Part shown: positions 58,621 to 64,000 of the stretch, in pieces
How the letters are laid out: every line of letters begins with the position of its first letter
Position numbering within the stretch: position 1 is the stretch's first letter
Source: Entomortierella parvispora E1425
Lineage: Eukaryota > Fungi > Mortierellomycota
Length of the DNA: 64,000 nt
Direction of reading: 5' to 3'
Assembly (NCBI GenBank): GCA_020891255.1
Contig: BQFW01000014.1
Span: 1,798,001 to 1,862,000 of the forward strand
Translations under genes and position numbers: made by a program
The notes under the pieces: model-generated
What the model was told of the DNA's origin: nothing
The model's input: the letters and a program-made list of their open reading frames with translations, nothing else
Databases searched by the model: none

Positions 58621-61600
58621 AAAAAGGGCGAGGCGCATAGATGGGCTTCTCAGTTTTTTTTTTTTTACTCATTTTTACGGTCTATATCCAGTGGTCAAGC
58701 ACCACATTCAATCGCAGTTGTATATCCCCCACCCTCCTTTCATATTTTGCTCATTCTGTATTGCTTATGTTTTATTTTCCCATCCTACTCATTCTTGTTC
58801 AACCCGCCTTCACCTTCCCCAAAATCGCGTTCACCTCCAACGAAATAAAAAAAGATGACCAAAAATATATATATTTGTTGTTTTTTGGTCGGATTAAACT
58901 TTTTTAGCAATTGATGATTTCATGGATCCATGTCGTTACCCGGGAATGATGAATAATGTGGTTCTGGGTAATCGCCGGGCATGGTCCTGAGTGGTATCTT
59001 GCAAGTTTGATCAAGGACGGCCGTGCCACCCTCCCTTCCATCAGTAATTTATCAAAAGGTTGAAAGTCAGGGAGTGAGGATCTGACTTGAGACCTTTGGA
59101 ATGTTATTTTATTGGGTCATGGGCAGATGTTTGCAAAAGAGTTATGTAGGTTGGATAGCACCGCACTAGCACCGCACCGCAGTACATTCAATTCTTTCTA
59201 TTTTTTTTTTTTTTTTGTCCAACCCACCAACCCATGGGACCCTGGGGCCTGCCCCTTCAAACGGTCCAGACCCTTGGTACTCTTCCTTCCGTAATTGAAT
59301 GAAGAATGAAAAGAAAGAGAGCTTTTTTTTCCTTCTGCAATTGAATGGATAGAGTTCGAAACTTGCAGGTCTCGAGCATTTTGAACAGACGAGAAACACT
59401 TGTGGGCTATCTGTACGAATGACCTTGAGGCCTCGGCCTTGCACTTCCACCCCGCCCCCTCCATGAATGGTCAGGACACAAAGGGTTCGGGTTCGGGGGG
59501 GCTGCCAGACCGGGCCCCTCCCATGAGTAATGATTGTTCTGAGGAACCTGTGTCAAATCCAGCTCAGGGGTAGGGAACCAGGTGTCATCTTGGAGGACTG
59601 AGACCCCAACAAAAAAAACCAAAGAGCTGCAACTGCTTTCCCTTTTTTGTCCTTCCTTCCTAGCTTGCGTTGACTCGCTGTGTATTGAATCCGATTTTCG
59701 CGAATGAAAAGGGGAAAAAATGTGGCCTCTTGACAGGCCTCTACGCCCAACCCAGGGTAACAAGTAGGGTTTTTATTTGCACTAAACCAGGGACGAGGGG
59801 GGGTATTACAGACGAGGCTATGAGAGCCAACGACGACAAGGCGACAGTCCGTGCGTTATCCTGATAACCACAGACAGGACTTGAGGGAATTTAGTAGAGT
59901 TTATTCGGAAACAGTGGATACAAACTCTTGCCAAGGCACTGGGAGGTAGGGGTGGGTTGGACCAAGATCAAAGAGAAGAAAAAAATAATAATATGAGACA
60001 TGGACAGCGTGTGAGGTACACGCAAGGACGATGACGACGGAACATGCTCCAAACTCAGAGCAGAGATAACTTTTGTTCGTTTCAGATGAAAATGTCAGCG
60101 ACACAGGAGAGAGCGAAAGGCCGCGCGAGCAGCGTGTTGGTTCTTTGAGGTTTCTCCTTCTTCCCGAAGTGGGGGTCACTGCACCTTGTTTTTGGAAAGA
60201 AATTCCTCACGAAGCCGCCCAGATGATCTCCTGGCTCTTCATTCGCCAAAGTTATCGGATGTTATCACAGTCCGCCCCCCCCCCGTTGGTCCAATGACTC
60301 CCCAATCCGTCCTTCTTTGGACAACTTTTCCTGGCAACATTATTACAAAATAATCCTAGTCGTTTGTTTTCATCTCTGTGTGGGTGATGAGGGTGGCGCC
60401 GCCATGACTCCCAAGTTTGTACAAGAGCTCGAGTACGTCCATGATGGTGACGATGATGCCAAGATTTGTATGGCAGCCCTGTGGGGTTGCGCTTGTTCAA
60501 GCTCGCCTGACGCACCGAGTGCGCCCACTACCAGTGAGTTCACGCCAGCTGCCTACCCAGGAAAAAGGCCCTGCATTCCACGAATAGACCCTTGAGCACC
60601 TTTCTCTCTCCCTCTCTATTCCCGGTTTATTTTTACAAACCCAGTACTTCATGCACCCATGTTTTTTTCGGGTCAATCATTGCCAATTCGAAACTTGACC
60701 ATGCAGCTTAATCACCACTCTTTCTGCAGGTCTCCGCCAGGGTCGCGGCCCATTTTCTACGCTCACGCGTTCTCTCTATAGTGAATTGTAATAATAGTTC
60801 TGCAGGCTCATATATTTTTATTTTTTCAGTTGCCCTCGATGCAAAGAAAGAAAAAAAAAGAGTCTTTCATAGTTGAGTTTACACTTTCAGTCTAGTCTCT
60901 TTTTGAGGGTTGGTTGCAGGGTAAGCTAGAGTTGCAAAGATCTTTTCCGTTTTGTCGAGAAGGGTTAATATTAGACCCCATCCCCCATCGTATTCATCCA
61001 TTTCGTCAGTCGTCCAATGATCCCTGCGGAAAAATCCAAAGAGACAAAAAAGAAAGTGGAGATCACCCGCCGCGTAGAAAAAAAAGACCGAGGTTTTTTT
61101 TTTTGCCAGAGGAAACATTAACCTTAAAACGAACTTTTTTTTCTCCTCTTTGTTTTTGTTTTTCTGTAATTGACGATGATTGTCGCCCAGACCACGCCAT
61201 GGACCAGAAGAACCAGACAGCTCACCGGCGAGCTGTCAAAAAAAAGATTCTCCACAGTGTCTGTGCTGGTTGGAGAGGCAAAACGGTCATGACTAGCTCG
61301 AAACGATAACGATAATACAGATAATACACAAGACATAGACGACACAAACAACGTCGCCAAAGAGAGCTGTCAGTCCACGACAACGTGCGGTATTTTTTAC
61401 TTTTAACGCGACAGTAGGAGCAGTCCTTCCAACCTTAGACGTTCGGCCGCGCTCGGAGAGAAAAATCACCCAAGTTTACCCTCTTGTCTACCGACACGTC
61501 GTCTACGAACAGTAACGCAGTGTCTGCACGATTTGTGACACCCTTGATCTGCTATTTTTTTATAATTTTTTTTTTGTGCCACGGAGCCCTTTCTCAGCTC

Positions 61601-64000
61601 AGTCAGGTCTCTTTTTTTTTTTTGCTCTCTTCTTCTCCACGTAGATCTTTTTGGGCGCAGTGTTTGTTAACGAGGAGGGATCTGGATCGATGTCTTCAAT
61701 CTCTTCCACACCGGGTGTAGGAAAGTGAGGGATTGTCTTTGGTGTCTCGTCGGTCATGTGCGAAAGAACAACCAAAAAAGAGGATACGAGAGGACGAGAA
61801 GAGGAATAGGATGTCTCTCGGTATTCATTTTCAAAGACACTCAAAACACAATAAATCCTGCTGGCTGTGGCCCCCCTTTTCATAGAACACAAGACGGCCA
61901 TGTTCGAGTTACCCTGAAATTCTACGATGCTTCCAAACGGAACGTTTCAACCTGGTGCGTCGAAACCTCGCCTCTTTTTACATCGTTCGCAAGTTTCTCA
62001 TTTACTCACACCCTTGCCCCCCCCCCCTCCCCTACTGGGGCATGCATTGTTTGTTTGCAAACAACTTACAAACAACAACTCATAGTACCGATTCAAGGAA
62101 AATGTGGGGAACGTGTCTGACGAACATGAAACGGTATCGCCATGTTTCCGTCCCACATGGTATCAAAACATGGTCAAAGCCATGGGAAGATCATGGTTGC
62201 AGATGGTGTCCGCATACAAAACATGCGTCGGTTTGATTTTTATCTCACCCTCCCCCTCCCTCGCCGTCTACCATCGCTGCATACTTTTGGGACGGATCGG
62301 CTCCCCGCATTCTACAAAGAGATGGGCAGGACACAATTAGGAGTGCCGATGTAAAAATAAGAGGCGAGAGTGTGGGGTTGGGAAGAGGAAAAATGCCTTG
62401 TCAGCACAATTGGAGGCAAGCAAGGACCAGCCCTGCGCCTCCTCGATCCGAACAACGGTTCTGCCGTTTAATGATTGCCGTGATTTGTAAAAAAAAAAAA
62501 AAAAGGAATCAGGGAGCAAGGAGAAATAAGAAGGCGTTTCCTTTTCAGCTCATTTCCGGGCCCATATAGCAGCGCCTCAAAGCCCAAATGGCCAGACCCT
62601 TCCCACAATCTGATCAAGTGATCATCCCACCTTGTGGGTTTCGATCCGATCCCCCCTTCCAAGTTCGGGCCAGCATCGGGCCATCGGGCTTTCATTGGAG
62701 ATATCACATTCTGCAAGCGAGAAGGAGGGAAAGAAAAAAAGAAAAAGGGGGGGAAAGGAAAGAAAGAACGAGAGCGAGCTCTTTTTTTCAATCTCGGAGT
62801 GGGGTGAGGAGGCAGAAGGGCCTTGCATATCCTGCAAATCAGCCTCTCTTCGAATCGGGAAGAGCAAAATTGGGACCTCGCCCATCTTCTTGTACCACGG
62901 GCAAAAGAGAAAAAAAAAAGAAAAAAAGAAATCACGGTCACCCTTCATGTGCAAAGTTGTTGACACGCGTTTTCAACGATCCGGGTTGGCCCAGAGAGTC
63001 GCAAGGAGGGAAAAGGGCAGTCAACAATATTGGTGTGCATTGAAGGACCATTGGCAGAAAAAGGAAAGTCATGTCCGAGAAGTGAAACTGTTAGAGCACA
63101 CCATGGCCAACAAGGTATGTCATCCTTTGCTACCCACTTGGGCTTTGACAGGTTGACAAGGAAAACAAACCCGATGGCAGATCGGACGAGCAATAGAAAA
63201 CAAAAGGGGCGCCGCCTACACCATTGGTCCAAAAATGTCGCTTTGCTCGATAACAAAGCAAGGGGATCTGATCGGGAGGAGAAAAAAGAGAAGGTCCGTG
63301 TTGGGCAAGATCTGGCCATGGGCAACGGCCTGTGCCTGCAGTTTGAGCCACTGTTTCCTCTCTTCTCTTTTTCTTTCCTTCCTTTTTGTTTCTTGTCGCT
63401 CATCTTTTCCCCTCCTTGTCCCTGACTTCTACCAGAGATTGCTTATCGTTTGTCGTTTATCGGGCAGACAGTACCTTTTTTGATTCATCCAGGTGCGCCT
63501 CAGTAACCTTCTTCACCAACCCCAACTGCAGGGACGGCTGCTGGTTGGCAGGCAAGAGCGTGTGCGTGAGAGTGTCTGTATGGTTTTTGACTTTTTGTTG
63601 ACAAGGCAGCAGCGACCGAGCTTGGCTTGCCCTCCGGGCGACCGAGGAGAGGAGAGGATGACATCAATTACATATCGGAACATCTTTTTTTGTCTAATTG
63701 CACACAGACGGAGGTGTCGGTGAGCCCAAGGCAGAAGGAAGGCAGAGAGGGTGTTTGCACTTGCACCATCACTTTGCACACAACACAAGGGAATCAGTGT
63801 TCAATTGAGTCGGTTTATTTAATTGAACAGTCATTCGATTCGAATAAAGTAAACCGGGAATGGGGCGATTGAATTGCCTGTGCAAATACATATGGCGCAC
63901 CCAAACTGAGAGGTCTCTCTCTCGTAATTGAATGCCCTCTGTATTTGATTTTGAATCCCATTTTTGGTTCTTAGTTCTTACTCCTTGCAATTCAATGGGG

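Noticed and set aside
60317-60595. 92-aa ORF and other short ORFs in 59-64 kb
   Set aside because: No recognisable motifs, codon bias or convincing splice structure.
1-64000. tRNA or rRNA genes
   Set aside because: GTTCGA-like T-loop words (e.g. ~54115, ~59355) lack cloverleaf stems, and I saw no rRNA-like segments.

Overview
Intron-rich fungal nuclear DNA, most likely Mortierellaceae/Mucoromycota (inferred from gene content and style, not demonstrated). The flanks hold ordinary housekeeping genes. Left: STE20/PAK kinase, ACAA2-type thiolase, taspase, TMEM198/DUF4203 protein, MDM12, alkaline phosphatase, CCDC97 and calpain-7/PalB. Right: CDS1, UDP-glucose 4-epimerase, Hsp110/SSE1, FSH1 and an uncharacterised low-complexity/coiled-coil gene. 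The notable part is a ~17.5-kb minus-strand tandem array (26.35-43.9 kb), in transcription order PIF1-3 > SSP-B > gag remnant > PIF1-2 > SSP-A > gag remnant > PIF1-1. It has three intact PIF1-family helicase paralogues interleaved with two fast-diverging 18-cysteine small secreted proteins (SSPs) whose family I do not recognise. Each SSP is followed by a Ty3/gypsy gag relic, with an LTR-end/PBS-like junction in one copy. The spacers carry telomere-like and G-quadruplex-prone repeats. The array also shows probable gene conversion, a shifted start codon in two PIF1 copies, and a coding minisatellite present in 1, 5 and 6 copies. No rRNA, tRNA or CRISPR features could be supported. Exon boundaries and difference counts were done by hand and are approximate.
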